A stretch of 35,633 nt of DNA from Parvularia atlantis (taxonomy: Eukaryota), in contig CALSCO010000759.1 of the NCBI GenBank assembly GCA_943704415.1, positions 1 through 35,633 of the forward strand, in the 5' to 3' direction. The number at the start of each line of letters is the position of its first letter. Position 1 is the stretch's first letter. Below, one piece after another: positions 1 to 11,141 of the stretch. The notes under the pieces were generated by a model. It worked only from the letters and a program-made list of their open reading frames with translations. It was not told where the DNA came from and did not search any database. The position numbers and the translations under genes are program-made.

Positions 1-1079
1 CCCCTCCCCTCCGCCCGCACCACCCCTCGCGCGCGCGCCGGGATCCGCCGTGCTCACGCCGAACGTCGCATGCGCGCACAACAGTCGCCGGCAAGGCCGG
101 ATCCGCCCGCGTTGCCGCGTCGGTACGCGATCGCCTCCTCTTTCTCCTCTTTTCCTTTGCTCACGTTGCTCGCGCCGCAGCGTGCGACGGCCGGCGTCGC
201 GGCCCGCGGTCGCGGTGCGCGGCGCATCAACACGAGCCGTGCGTTGTGCGACGGGCCAGAGGGGCGCGACTGACGGCACCGCGCGCAGTCAATGGCGCGG
301 CGGCCTCGGGCGGCGAGAGCTCGACGCAGCGGTGGCAGCACGACAAGTTTGACGGCCCCGTGCGCGGCCTGCGCGGTGCGACGGAGACACGGGCGCTTGT
401 GGCTTTTGTCCCCTGCTGAGCCGCGCATGTGCGTGTGATGCGTGCAGCTGCCGCCGGTGTGGGCGCGGCCGCCGGTCGTCGCCAGCTCGCCGCCGCCTCG
501 CCGGTGGCCATTCGCCGCGTGGGCCCCTCGACGGTGCGCGGCCGAGGCGCGTGCGGACGGCGAGGGCTCACGCGTGTCCCGCGCAGCCGATCGCGTCGGG
601 CTCGATCCGCTCGGCGATCTCGGCGCGCAGCATCCCGGCTACCGGCCTGACGACGGGCGTCAAGGTCACGATCGCCAACCTGTCCAACACGGTCGTCGTG
701 GAGGACCTGCAGGTGCGTGCGCGGCCGGGCGGCGTGTCGCGGCGCTCACGGCCCGCCTGCAGGAGCTGTTTGGTGGCGACGGCGTCAAGCTCAAGTCGGT
801 CAAGATGGTCTCGGACGGCGTAGGCGAGGTCGTGTTCTCGCGCCGCGAGGACGCCGTGGCCGCCGTGGCCAAGTACGACAACGTCCAGCTCGACGGCCGC
901 CGCATGATTCTCAAGTTCAGCTCGGGCGACCTCGGCGGCGCCTCGCCCGCGCCGTCGCCGGCCGCGCGCCGGTGCGCTCGCGTTGGCGTGCGCGGCCCGC
1001 TGCTCACGCGCATCGCCCGCCCGCCCGCAGGCCAGGCGTCGCGTCGACACGCCTGCTGCGCGACGCGATGCAGCTGTGA
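1..1079 (+). CDS. ALYREF/THO4- or POLDIP3-like RRM mRNA-export adaptor (5' end outside the window; spliced)
   Basis: Spliced exons give GESSTQRWQHDKFDG (WxHD motif of the Aly/REF family) and an RRM, GVKVTIANLSNTVVVEDLQ|ELFGGDGVKLKSVKMVSDGVGEVVFSRREDAVAAVAKYDNVQLDGRRM. The frame ends STRLLRDAMQL* at TGA 1077-1079. The window starts inside an intron. Confidence 0.8.
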
Positions 1080-1533
1080 GAGACGCGCGCGTGTGGCGTG
1101 AGCGTGTGTGGTGTGGTGTTGGTCGTGGTCGTACTGCGTGCGCGTAGGTGGACGGTCCGTGCGCGTCTGTGCTGACGATGCTCGCTGGCAGATCTGCTCG
1201 ACGATGCGGTGCATACACAGTGACGCTTCCATCGCTGCCCGCAGCGCTCGCAGCGCGCACTCGCCCTCCGCACGCAGTCAGCCCGAATCACGCGCTACTT
1301 TCGTCTGTCAGGAAGCTTCTGCTCACAGTCACATGTCGCGCGGCATCCCGCATCCATCCCTCCGCCGTCCTCGCGTCCTCCTCGTCGCCCCATGCGCCCG
1401 CGCCCGCACCCGCCCGCGCCCCTGCCGTACTGCGTGGCTGCGATCCTTCCCCTCCTTGCTCACGCACGCACCACCTTGCCCCCGCTCATTCGCCCACCCG
1501 CTCGACGACTGATACGGCGCCAGCACCTCCGCG

Positions 1534-4500
1534 ATGCTGCGCAAGTTGATCAATGCGGCGGGCAAGGCGGCCTCGCCACTGACGTCGCTGTCGGTGTCGC
1601 CGTCCACGCCGGCGGTGCCGGGCGCATTGGCAGCGTCTTCGTCATCGGCTGCTGCTTCGGCGGCGGCGTCAGGGCAGCAGCCGTCGCAACTGACTGACGC
1701 CGACGTTGATGACGACGCGCTGCTGTTTGGCACGGGCGGCGCGGCCACCAACACGGTCGCGAGCGACGTGCCGCTGCTGGAGGACGGCATGGTGTGCGAC
1801 CACCGCGGGCGTGTGGGCGTGCGCGTGCGGTGGCTGAGAAGGGCGCGCGCGCAGGACGTGTACCTCGCGCGGTCACGCGAGTGGCTCAAGGCGAGCAAGA
1901 TCCTCCTCGGCTTCGCCGAGCGGCGCGCGGCAAGCGAGGTCGAGCACGGCAAAACGGTCGCGCGGGCGGCGCGCGCGGGCATCGACGGGCACATCGAGAG
2001 CGAGCTGCGGGGCGAGGTGCGCGCCGTGTGCCCTGTGCCGTGTGCACTGTGCCAAACGCGGACGGCAGGGCTCCTACGCCGGCTCGACACTCGCGCTGCT
2101 AAAGCAGCAGGAGGCGATCGCGCTGCGCCAGCTCGAGTTTGGCAACACCCTCATGTCGGACGTGGTCGCGCCGCTCGCGTGCGTGGTTGCTGCGCGCCTG
2201 GTGGTGCCCCTTGACCGACGAAGACGCGCACGCCAGGACCAAGCGCGACCAGCACGAAAAGTCGCGCAAGCGCCTGCAGGCGCACCTGCAGAAGGAACAT
2301 AAGAAGTACGACGAGGCCGTGCAGCTCCTGGCCAAGACCCGGCAGAAGTACCACGCCGCGACCCAGGCCTGGGAGAAGGCCCTCGCCGACAAGCGCACGG
2401 AGGAGAGCACGTCATACAAGGTCCGGCTGGACAAGCGCACCAAGGAGGAGGACGAGGCCAAGGCCAAGATGGTCGCGGCCGAGGAGGCCTATCGCGCGCA
2501 GATCAAGGCGACGAACGCGGCGCAGGAGGTGAGCACGTCGAGTACGGCGACGCGGGCGCGAAGAGCGCTCAAGAACGTGCGCACGACGCCAGGACATGAA
2601 GCGCTACATGCAGCTCATCCTCTCGGCCTACGAGCGCCTGCACGTCGAGTCGGACGCCAAGTACAAGGTGCGCCGGCCGGCCGGCCGGCGCCCGCTGCCC
2701 GGCTGCTCACCGTCGCGTGCAGGAGTGCCTCAGCCGGTACCTGGCCATCCACCAGACGTACGTCGACGACCTGCCTGGCATGAACAAGGCGCTTGCGACG
2801 CAGGTACACCGCGCGTGTGGCCTCGCGCGCTGTGCGCCGCCGACATTTCGACCACCACCAGGTCGCCGGCGTCGACAACAAGGCCGACTTCCACAAGTTT
2901 GTGTCGCAGACGTCGCGCAACGAGCTCTACAACCCGCGCCCGTTCGTCTTCGACAAGGCGCCGGGCACGGTGACCGACCCTGCGATGCGCGGTGCGCTGC
3001 CCGCACGGCCGGCGCGGCGTGGCTGACATTGTCGTTGGCCGGCAGCGTCGATGTACGCACCGTCGATCTTTGAGGAGCCCGCCACCGCCGCCGCGGTCGG
3101 CACCACGGGCGAGGTGTCGGCGCAGGTGCCGACGACTGTGCCCGCGGCGGCCGACATACCGAAGGAGCGCATGCACAAGTTCATGAAGCAGTTTGCGGTG
3201 CGGCGCTAGCGCTCACCGGTATCCAGCCCGCGCTCACCTTGCCTCGCACCCGCCAGCCTGCCCTCTGCCAGCACTGCCACCAGATGACCTTCCGTGGGAT
3301 CGTGTGCGAGGCCTGCGGTATCGCCTGCCACAAGAACTGCGTCGAGAAGGTGCCTGCCGGGCTCGTGTGCGACGCCAATGACCCGCGTGCGTGGGCAGCT
3401 CAAGCTCGCCTGCGGCAAGAGCGACCCGGCGCGCGAGCTCGTGATCTTTGGCGTGCCACTGGACGCGCAGGTGGGCTACACGCCGTGCGCGCCGATCTCA
3501 GGGGCCTGACGGCGCTCGCGCGCGCAGCCGCGGCTGGAGAATGGCGCCGTGCCGTCGATCGTGGCCACGTGCGTCGGCGAGGTTGAGCAGCGCGGCATGG
3601 ACAGCGAGGGCATCTATCGTCTGGCTGGTGCGACGCGCGCCGTGGTGTGCGCGGATGGCGGCACTGACCGCGCCCCGCAGGCATCAAGTCGGCCGTCGAG
3701 AAGCTGAGCGCGCTATTTGAGCAGCACGGCAGCGCGCGCGGCCGCGTGGACCTGTCGTACGAGGCCGACATCAACGCGGTCACGGGCTGCTTCAAGGCGT
3801 TCCTGCGCCAGCTGCCCGAGCCCGTCATCCCGTTCGACCTCTACGACGACTTTGTGCAGGCGGCCGGGCTCGAGAAGCTCGACATCGACGCGCTGGCGCA
3901 GGCATGTGAACACTCACTCGCAGTGCGCCGTGCGCGTATCTCACGACAGCTGCGCACAGGCGGTGGCGCGCATGCCTGCGATAAACTACGACACGCTTGT
4001 GTACCTCATGCGGCACCTCATGTGCTTTTTGCGGGGCGAGCGCTGCGCGGCCGCACTGACGCGGCGCTCCCGCACAGCCGCGTCGCCGAGCACTCGGCCG
4101 TCAACAAGATGCAGCCGTCCAACCTGGCCATCATCTTCGGGCCGTCGTTGCTGCACCCTGACCGCGCGCAGGTACGCGCCTTGGTGTGCTGCGCTTGCAC
4201 TGACGCCGCGCTCGCTCCGCCAGGACGACGCGGTGCTTGCGTTCCAGGAAAACGGACGCCAGTGCGCCGTCGTTGAGCGCCTGATCCAGTCGTTCGACGA
4301 CATTGACAGCAAGGCGGCGGCGCTGCGTGTGACGGCCGCGGCCGCGGAGCCCACGGCGGCTGCCGCGCAGCCTGCGACGGTGCCGTCAACCGAGCCGGCC
4401 AAGGCGGACAGCCCGTTTGTGAGCGGGGCGGTGCGTGCTTGGCGTCGGTCGATGCGGTGTGCGCCTCTCACGCCGCGCCTCGCAGTCGAGTCGGCGCGGC

Positions 4501-5844
4501 ACATCGCGGCGGATGATGGTGTTCGACGACGACGACGACGACGACCTGGACGAGCAGGAGATCGAGCGCATGGCGCGCGTGATCGAGCAGAACCTGAGCA
4601 TCGAGGTGCGCGCTTCGCTGCTGCTTGCGCGCCTCGCTGCCCTCACGTGCACTGCACCAGGCGCTCAACGTGCGGCGGAGCATAGTGGTGGACGGCGACG
4701 CACCAGTGCGGCCCCTCGTTGTCACGGTGCCGCCGGTGGAGCTGATCACGGACTTGGCGCGCAAGACGCCGTCGGCCGATGTGGTGTGTGCCTGCGCGTG
4801 CGAGCGAGCCGCGCTGACGCATCCTGCAGCCGCACAGCCCGACCGAGCATGTCACCATCGTCGCCTCGGAGCTGCGCGACGGCATCTCGGTCGAGACGCT
4901 CGTGCGCACGCTGTCTGGCTCGGGCATGAGGTGCGCGGTCTGCGCGGTGCCTGCTGTGCAATGCTGACGGCCGTACGCACAGCGAGCCGTACGCCGCGAC
5001 CCTGCTCGCCAGCGCGCTGCCGCGCACGCCCAAGTCGGTGCTGGCGGCGGCGGCGGCGTCCGAGGCGGCGACCGTACCTGCCCAGGTCGAGCAGGCCCGT
5101 CCGCTGCCCGTCACGCCAGCTGCGCACGCTGAGGAGGCTCGTCCGTTGCCCGTCGCCCCTGTGGATGACGCGCGCCCGCTGCCCGCCGCACCCGCGGAGG
5201 ATGCGCCCTCCCTGCCCGCTGCGCCGGTAGAGGACGCCCGCCCGCTGCCCGCCGCGCCCGCTGCGCCCGCTGCGCCGGTAGAGGACGCCCGCCCGCTGCC
5301 CGTCCCGCCCGCAGCAACAGACGCGCCGGCGCCAGCGCTGGCCGAGGCATCGCCCACGGCCCGCAGCAGCCGCGTCGTCTTGGTCCCGCCGCCGCCCTCG
5401 TTCCTCGTGCAGTCGCTGGGCATGCCCGTGCCCGCCGCCAGCACCGCGCCCGAGAGCACGCCCGCTGCAACCGGCGCGAACGTGCTCGTCGCCGTCAGCA
5501 GCACGCCGACGGTCAACCTGAGCGCGCTCATGACATCGGCCGCGAGCAAGGCCGCCGAGGCCGCGACCGTGCAGGCCGCGCCCGTGCCCGTGCAGGCCAC
5601 ACCGGCGCCCGTGCTCGACGAGGAGGAGGACGAGGAGGCGTTGATGCGCAAGGTGCGAGAGTCGCTCAACCAACGCAAGTCGCCCGCGCCGCCGACGAGC
5701 GAGCCGTCGACGCCGGACGCGGGCGCATCGGAATCGGCGGCCCGCGCCGCCGCGAAGCGCGCCGCCGAGCACCAGGCCTGGCTAAAGCAGCGCCACGAGG
5801 CCAAGCAGCGCCGCGAGGGTAGCGACGACCAGTCAGCAGCGTGA
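1534..5844 (+). CDS. F-BAR + C1 + RhoGAP protein (GMIP/ARHGAP45/ARHGAP29-like), about 18 introns
   Basis: N-terminal coiled-coil F-BAR-like region (FAERRAASEVEHGK...; LAKTRQKYHAA...). C1 zinc finger HKFMKQFA|PALCQHCHQMTFRGIVCEACGIACHKNCVEK|LKLAC. RhoGAP with IFGVPL, VPSIVATCVGEVEQRGMDSEGIYRLAG (arginine finger), FKAFLRQLPEPVIPF and NKMQPSNLAIIFGPSLL. A long Pro/Ala-rich tail ends at TGA 5842-5844. Confidence 0.88.
5087..5310 (+). repeat. Coding tandem repeat (about 13-aa unit, APVEDARPLPA) in the RhoGAP tail
   Basis: Translation reads VEQARPLPVTP, EEARPLPVAP, VDDARPLPAAP, AEDAPSLPAAP, VEDARPLPAAP, VEDARPLPVPP. The DNA units are similar (gaggacgcccgcccgctgccc). Confidence 0.85.
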
Positions 5845-5874
5845 TGTACCCCTCCCCGCACAAGTTCTCTCATC

Positions 5875-7445
5875 ATGGTGACGCTTGCGGCGATGCGGCC
5901 GCTGCTCGCGGCGCTCGTGCTCGGCGTGCTCGTGGCGCTCGTCGTGTTTTCGTGGCGCAAGCGCCTGCTCTCGTCCGCGCGGTACATGGCCGACGTGATC
6001 CTGGGCGACGACGAGCTGCTGCTCGAGCTGCCCGCGCCGACGCCCACGCTCGCCGCGCCCGAGCCCACGCTCGCGGTACCGACGCTCGCCGCGCCCGAGC
6101 CGACGCTGCCGCCAGCGCCGCCGCCGCCCACGGCGTCGCCAGCGCCGGAGGAGGACGACTCCGAGCTCGCGGCCGACGGTGGGCAGTGTACCGCGTGGGT
6201 GCCGCCGCTGCCGCCCGAGCCGGGCCCGATCGGCCCCGACAAGCTGCGGCGCGTGCTCGAGTGCTGGGCCACCAACGGTACGTTCCGGCACGACCCGCGC
6301 GTGTTTGCGCACGAGGCGTACCACAAGGGCCCCGACACCGGCAGCGGCTGCTACATCCTCAACGGCGACTTTGCCCGCAGCTTCGAGGCTGGCATCGTCT
6401 GGGAGCCCTCGCCCGCGTGCGAGCTGCCCTACCGGCACGTCGACGGGCGCGACGTGTGCCGGACGATCAACGGGCGCAACGTGCTCCTCGTCGGCGACAG
6501 CCTGACGCTGCAGTACTTCCACAGCTTTCAGTCGCTAGTGCAGCGCGCGTTGATCCAGCTGGGCGGGGCGGCCGCGCGGCACGTCTGGAACACGACCGAC
6601 ATGAGCAGCCCGTTCGTGTGCAACGGGCCGCACGGTATCGGCACGCTGTATATCTTTTGCCAGGTCCGGCTCTGCGTCGACTCGGGCTACCCCGAGTTCA
6701 CGCTCACCTTCAACCGCAACGACCGCCTCACGCGCGTGCACGAGTTCCACAAGGACTGGGGGCTATCCGACTACTGGCAGGCGCGTTCGTCGGGTGCCTG
6801 CGTGTGATGCCCTGCCGGTCTCACGCGCTCGCTTCCCCAGTTCCCCTGGGTTGACCAGCTCCACAACAACAGCATCGTCGTGCTCAACCGCGGCGCGCAC
6901 TACACCGCGAACGACGACTTTGCCAAGGAGTACTACACCGTCCTGCGCTTCCTCGCCCAGAACTTTACCAGCGACCTCTCGAGCGGCCGGCTGGTCTTTG
7001 TGCGCGCGACGCCGCCGGGTGCGTGCTGCCGCGCTACCGCGCACCGGGCCTGCCTGACGCGCGGCGTGCGCGGCAGGCCACAAAGACTGTCAGCTCTACG
7101 TCAACAAGATGCCCATCCTCGAACGCCAGGACCCCACGACCCTGCCGTACCACTGGGGCCTGATCGCGGCGCAGAACGAGCTCGCGCGCAAGGCCGTCGC
7201 CAAGTACTACCCGCGCGTGCTCTACCTCGACGTCGACACCGTGACGGGCTTCCGGCGCGACTCGCACGTGGGCCCCGAGGACTGGTGCGCGCGCGCCGCG
7301 TCTGCACGGGGCTCGCGCACACGCTGACGGCGCCCGCACAACGCGCGTCAGCCTGCACTACTGCCGGCCGGGGCCGATCGACTTCTGGGTCGAGCTGCTC
7401 ATCAACAGCGTGCGGGCGGCGAGCGCGCTGCGCACCAGCGCATAA
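5875..7445 (+). CDS. Type II membrane SGNH/PC-esterase (trichome-birefringence-like/PMR5/Cas1p-N-type) polysaccharide O-acyltransferase or esterase, 3 introns
   Basis: N-terminal TM helix (LLAALVLGVLVALVVFSW), a Pro/Thr-rich stem, WEPSPACELP, the GDS motif (NVLLVGDSL), IVVLNRGAHY, FVRATPPGH and a spliced DxxH motif (RRDSHVGPEDC|LHYCRPGPIDFW). Stop TAA 7443-7445. Confidence 0.8.
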
Positions 7446-7572
7446 CACCTCATGTACCAAGCATGCAAGATGCGTTGCTAAGCAGGCCCAGGCCGCGGTT
7501 GGCACCAATGCCAAGGGGGGAGCGCACTTCGGTCATTTTCGCGTTGCTGTTGGCACCACGCGCACACACGAC

Positions 7573-10500
7573 ATGGAGCGGCGTGCCGCGGCCGTCGTGA
7601 CGCAGCTGCGCGTCGTCGCGATGGTCCTCGTGGGCGACGCGCCGCCGGGGCTGGTGCGTCCGGGCCCGCGACGCGCCCGCGACGCGCCCGCGACGCGCCC
7701 GCGACGCCGCGTTTCAACCTGTCGACGGCACAGGCGTACCAGATCGCGGTCGCGTTCGACGAGCAGGACGACACGCCGGGCGCGGGCGGCAGCAGGTGCG
7801 CGGTGCTGCGGCCGGCCGCGTGCTGTGTGCCGAGCGCTGAGTGGGCGCGGCGCGGCAGACGCGTGACGGGACAGGTCATCCGCCGGCCGGGCGAGGTTGT
7901 GCGGTTGCACCAGCAGGTGCCGTGTCGCCCTGTCTGCCGCTTCGCCGCGGCCGCGCTGAGCCCAGCGCCGCACCAGCTGGTCGAGCGCGCGGCGGGGCAC
8001 ATGGCCGCGCACGGCATCGAGCTCGCGACGCACCTCGTCGCCGGCGAACGTGACGGCACAGACGGGCAGCAGCTGCTGTCGAGCCACCTGCTGGTCAACC
8101 GGGCGCAGATGGACGCGCTGCAGGTGCCGCGCCGTCTCGACCCGTGCCGCACCGCCCCGCTCGTGCGCTCACGGGTCGCCGCGCACCAGTCGTACCTGCA
8201 GCAGCTGCTGGCAGTGCCCGAGCTGGCGCGGTCGGATGCGCTGCTCGCGTTCACGGCCAACGCGACGCTCGATGCGTCCGCGACGGTACGTCAAGGGCCA
8301 CGGCCGTGTCGTGGTTGCGGGTGCAGATGCGGGCGGGCCGGCGCGTTTGGCACGCGTGTTTGTCGCCGAGGGCGGCGCGTTTCACCGGCGTGGCAACCCC
8401 GCATCTCATGCTCGCGCCACGCCGTCGCGCCCCGTGCCGCGACGGCCCCGCCGCCCCGCTCAAGACGCCCCACCCGAGCGCGGCGGCGCTGCGCCCCAGG
8501 CCCAGCGAGGACAGCTTCCCGCAGGTCGGGCCCGACAGCTTCGCGCGGCTCAAGGTGCTCGGGCAAGGCAGCATGGGCAAGGTGCGCGCGCGCGCTCGCT
8601 TCGTCCCACGGTCGGCGCGCGTCGTTGAGCACTCGGGCGGGCTGCAGGTCGTCCTCGCGCGCAAGAAGGACTCGCAGAAGCTGTACGCGCTCAAGATTAT
8701 CCGCAAGGTGCGCGCCGGTCCGGCCAGCCGCGGCGGCGCCCGGGCTCACGCCGCGGCGCAGGAGTGGGTCATCCTCCAGTCTGAGGTCGTCCACACCAAG
8801 GCCGAGCGTGACATCCTCGTGGCCGTGACGCAGTCCAAGCACCCGTTCCTCGTCACGCTCTACCACTCGTTCCAGACCGAGCGCGACCTCTACCTCGTGC
8901 TCGAGTACTGCCCCGGCGGCGACCTCGCGTCGCAGGTTACGCCGGCGCCTGCGTGCGAGCGCGCTCTCCTCACGGCACCGCCACAGCTCACCATCCAGCG
9001 CAAGTTCAACCTGCCGGCCGCGGCCTTCTACGCGGCTGAGATCGTGCTCGGGCTGGAGGAGCTGCACCGGATGGGCATTATCTACCGGTGCGTGTGGGCC
9101 GTGTGTCGTTTTGCGCGCTCATCGCGAGCACGTGCGCGCAAACAACAGCGACCTCAAGCCGGAAAACATCCTCATCGACCGCGCGGGGCACATCGTCCTG
9201 AGCGACTTTGGCCTCAGCAAGCAGTTTGCGTCCGCGTCCGCGCCCTTCACCAAGACGTTCTGCGGCACAACCGACTACCTCGCGCCTGAAATCCTCCGCG
9301 GCGAGGAGTACTCGTTCGCGGTCGACTGGTGGAGCCTCGGCACGCTCGTGTACGAGATGCTTGTGGGCATTGTGCGTCGTGCCCGCGTGCGTACCGCGCC
9401 CGGCTCACTGCGGCACGCGCAGACGCCCTTCTACCACAGCAACCACCACGAGCTGTACCGGCGTGTGCTCGAGGCGCGTCTCGCCTTCCCTGCCTCGGTC
9501 GACCCGAACGCAAAGCACCTGATCATGCAGCTGCTCGACCGCAACCCCAGCACGCGGCTGGGCCGCCGCTCGAACGGTGCGCGCCCGCACGCGAGCGCAT
9601 GCCCGCAATTTGCCGCCGACACGCGCGCGTCGCCAGGCATCAGGGACATCAAGACGCACCCGTTCTTCTGCACCGTCGACTGGGCCAAGGCGTTCGCGCG
9701 CCAGCTCCTTCCACCCTTTGTGCCGAAGCTGGTGAGCCTTTTTGCGCGGCGCCAAACTGCGCAACTTGACTGACCACCGCGTGCAGGCGGCGCCGGACGA
9801 CGTAAGCCACTTTGACGCCGAGTTCACGGCCCTGCCCGTGGATGACGACGACTCGCAAGCCTCGCTCGCCGCGGCCACGGAGCGCATCGCGGGGCTCAAC
9901 GTCGGCGCCACGCCCGAGAACAGCACGCCCGCACTCGACGAGCCGCACCGCGGCGCCGAGAATGAGCCAGCCGAGCCGGTGTCGCTTGCCGACGTCAGCG
10001 TGTACTTTTTCGGCTTCTCGTACGACGGCGACCAGGACAGCCTGCTGCAGAGCGTGAACGCGCGCCGGCGGCACCGATGTGCGTGCGCGCACTGTCTGTT
10101 GCGACCGGCTCACGCCCGACGCGGCGGCCGCGCAGCATCGTCCTCCGTTTCGGCGTCGTCGCTCGGCGCCTCGGCCAGCAGCAGCGGCAGCGGCAACGGC
10201 AGCGCGCCCGGCAACGGGCACGGGCACGTGGGCGGCGCCAGCACCACGCAGCTGCGCTACGCCCACCCCGCGGCACGGCGCCTTAACAACGACAGCACCG
10301 ACAGCAGCTACGACGGCTCGAACCTGTCCTCGCCGCGTGACCCGCGCACCCGGCCTGCCCAGCTGGAGTGCGTCGCGCTGGCACGCCACCTCCTGTCGTC
10401 TCATGCGTCCACGGCGCGCAGCTCGTCGGCGTCGGCCCCGTCCTCGCTCGACGACATGAACGTCTTCAAGCGCACCGTGACCACCACCAGCGGGCTGCGG

Positions 10501-11003
10501 CCGGCGGCCGACTTGATCAACCACTCGTCGTCGGTGCGTTGTCGCGCGCTTGCAGGCGCCTCCACGCCTCACGCACCGAACAGACCGAGGGCGTCCGACC
10601 GGCCCCGCAAGCGCGACAAATGGTTCAGGCCATGTCCGACGGCGCGCTCAACGCTCCACCGTCGCACACCGCCGTCCACCCCAGCAGCCGCCCGGCCTTT
10701 CGGTGCGCGTCCGCACGTACGCGCGCACGGCCCTGACAGCTCGCGCGCGTCGTCGGGACGCAGCACTCTTGTGCCGACTAGCCCGCGCGTGCCCGGCGTG
10801 ATCCCGAGCAGCCCGCGCTCGCCGCACTCGGATCACGACTTCCACGTGCGCTGCGGGCCACACCCCTGTGCCCGTGCAATGCCTGATGCGCACACGTGAC
10901 GTAGGGCGACGGCTACGACGGCAACATCTTGCTGCTGTCCCCGCGTCGCAACAGCCTCGAGGAGCCCACGGCGAGCCACACGCCCTCGCCGCACTTTGCG
11001 TGA
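7573..11003 (+). CDS. AGC-family Ser/Thr kinase (SGK/Akt/Ypk/Sch9-like) with a divergent PX-like N-terminus, about 17 introns
   Basis: Kinase motifs LGQGSMGK|V, YALK, HPFLVTL, IYR|DLKPEN, DFG, TKTFCGTTDYLAPE and VDWWSLG. AGC tail PPFVP, FDAEF and hydrophobic motif FFGFSY. The N-terminal VIRRPGEVVRLHQQ|L...LQ|SYLQQLLAVPELARSDALLAF resembles a PX domain. Stop TGA 11001-11003. Splicing around 8286-8465 is uncertain. Confidence 0.85.
7665..7707. repeat. 11-bp tandem repeat (cccgcgacgcg, about 3.9 copies) in kinase intron 1
   Basis: Visible directly as cccgcgacgcg cccgcgacgcg cccgcgacgcg cccgcgacgc. It lengthens this intron to about 80 nt. Confidence 0.85.
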
Positions 11004-11062
11004 GCCCGCGCCCCTTGCCCGCGCCCCGTTTCTTGTTACTCTTCCGCTGCCACCGCCCTTCG

Positions 11063-11089
11063 GCCGCCGCCGCCGCCGCCGCCGCCGCC
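11063..11089. repeat. (GCC)9 microsatellite between the convergent kinase and POLD1 stops
   Basis: Nine perfect gcc units. Confidence 0.9.
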
Positions 11090-11141
11090 GCTGCTGTGTG
11101 CTATCCCGCCCTGCACATAACTGCCGTCGACACACGCCAGC

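Noticed and set aside
3350..3440. Apparent frameshift or non-canonical intron between the C1 and RhoGAP domains (the gtgcgt at 3387 has no in-frame AG acceptor)
   Set aside because: A canonical GT-AG intron at 3350-3398 gives CVEK|LKLACGK, which restores the C-x7-C spacing of C1 and the reading frame.
4746..6338. 530-aa minus-strand ORF and other long antisense ORFs (for example 20927-23128 on the plus strand, 733 aa)
   Set aside because: These are shadow ORFs caused by high GC content and codon bias opposite real exons. They are low-complexity and have no recognisable domains. Only the 3' end of 20927-23128 overlaps the true first exon of the sulfotransferase.
9739..9757. E2F-like tttttgcgcggcgccaaa inside a kinase intron
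   Set aside because: It is intronic, an imperfect match, and not near a plausible transcription start.
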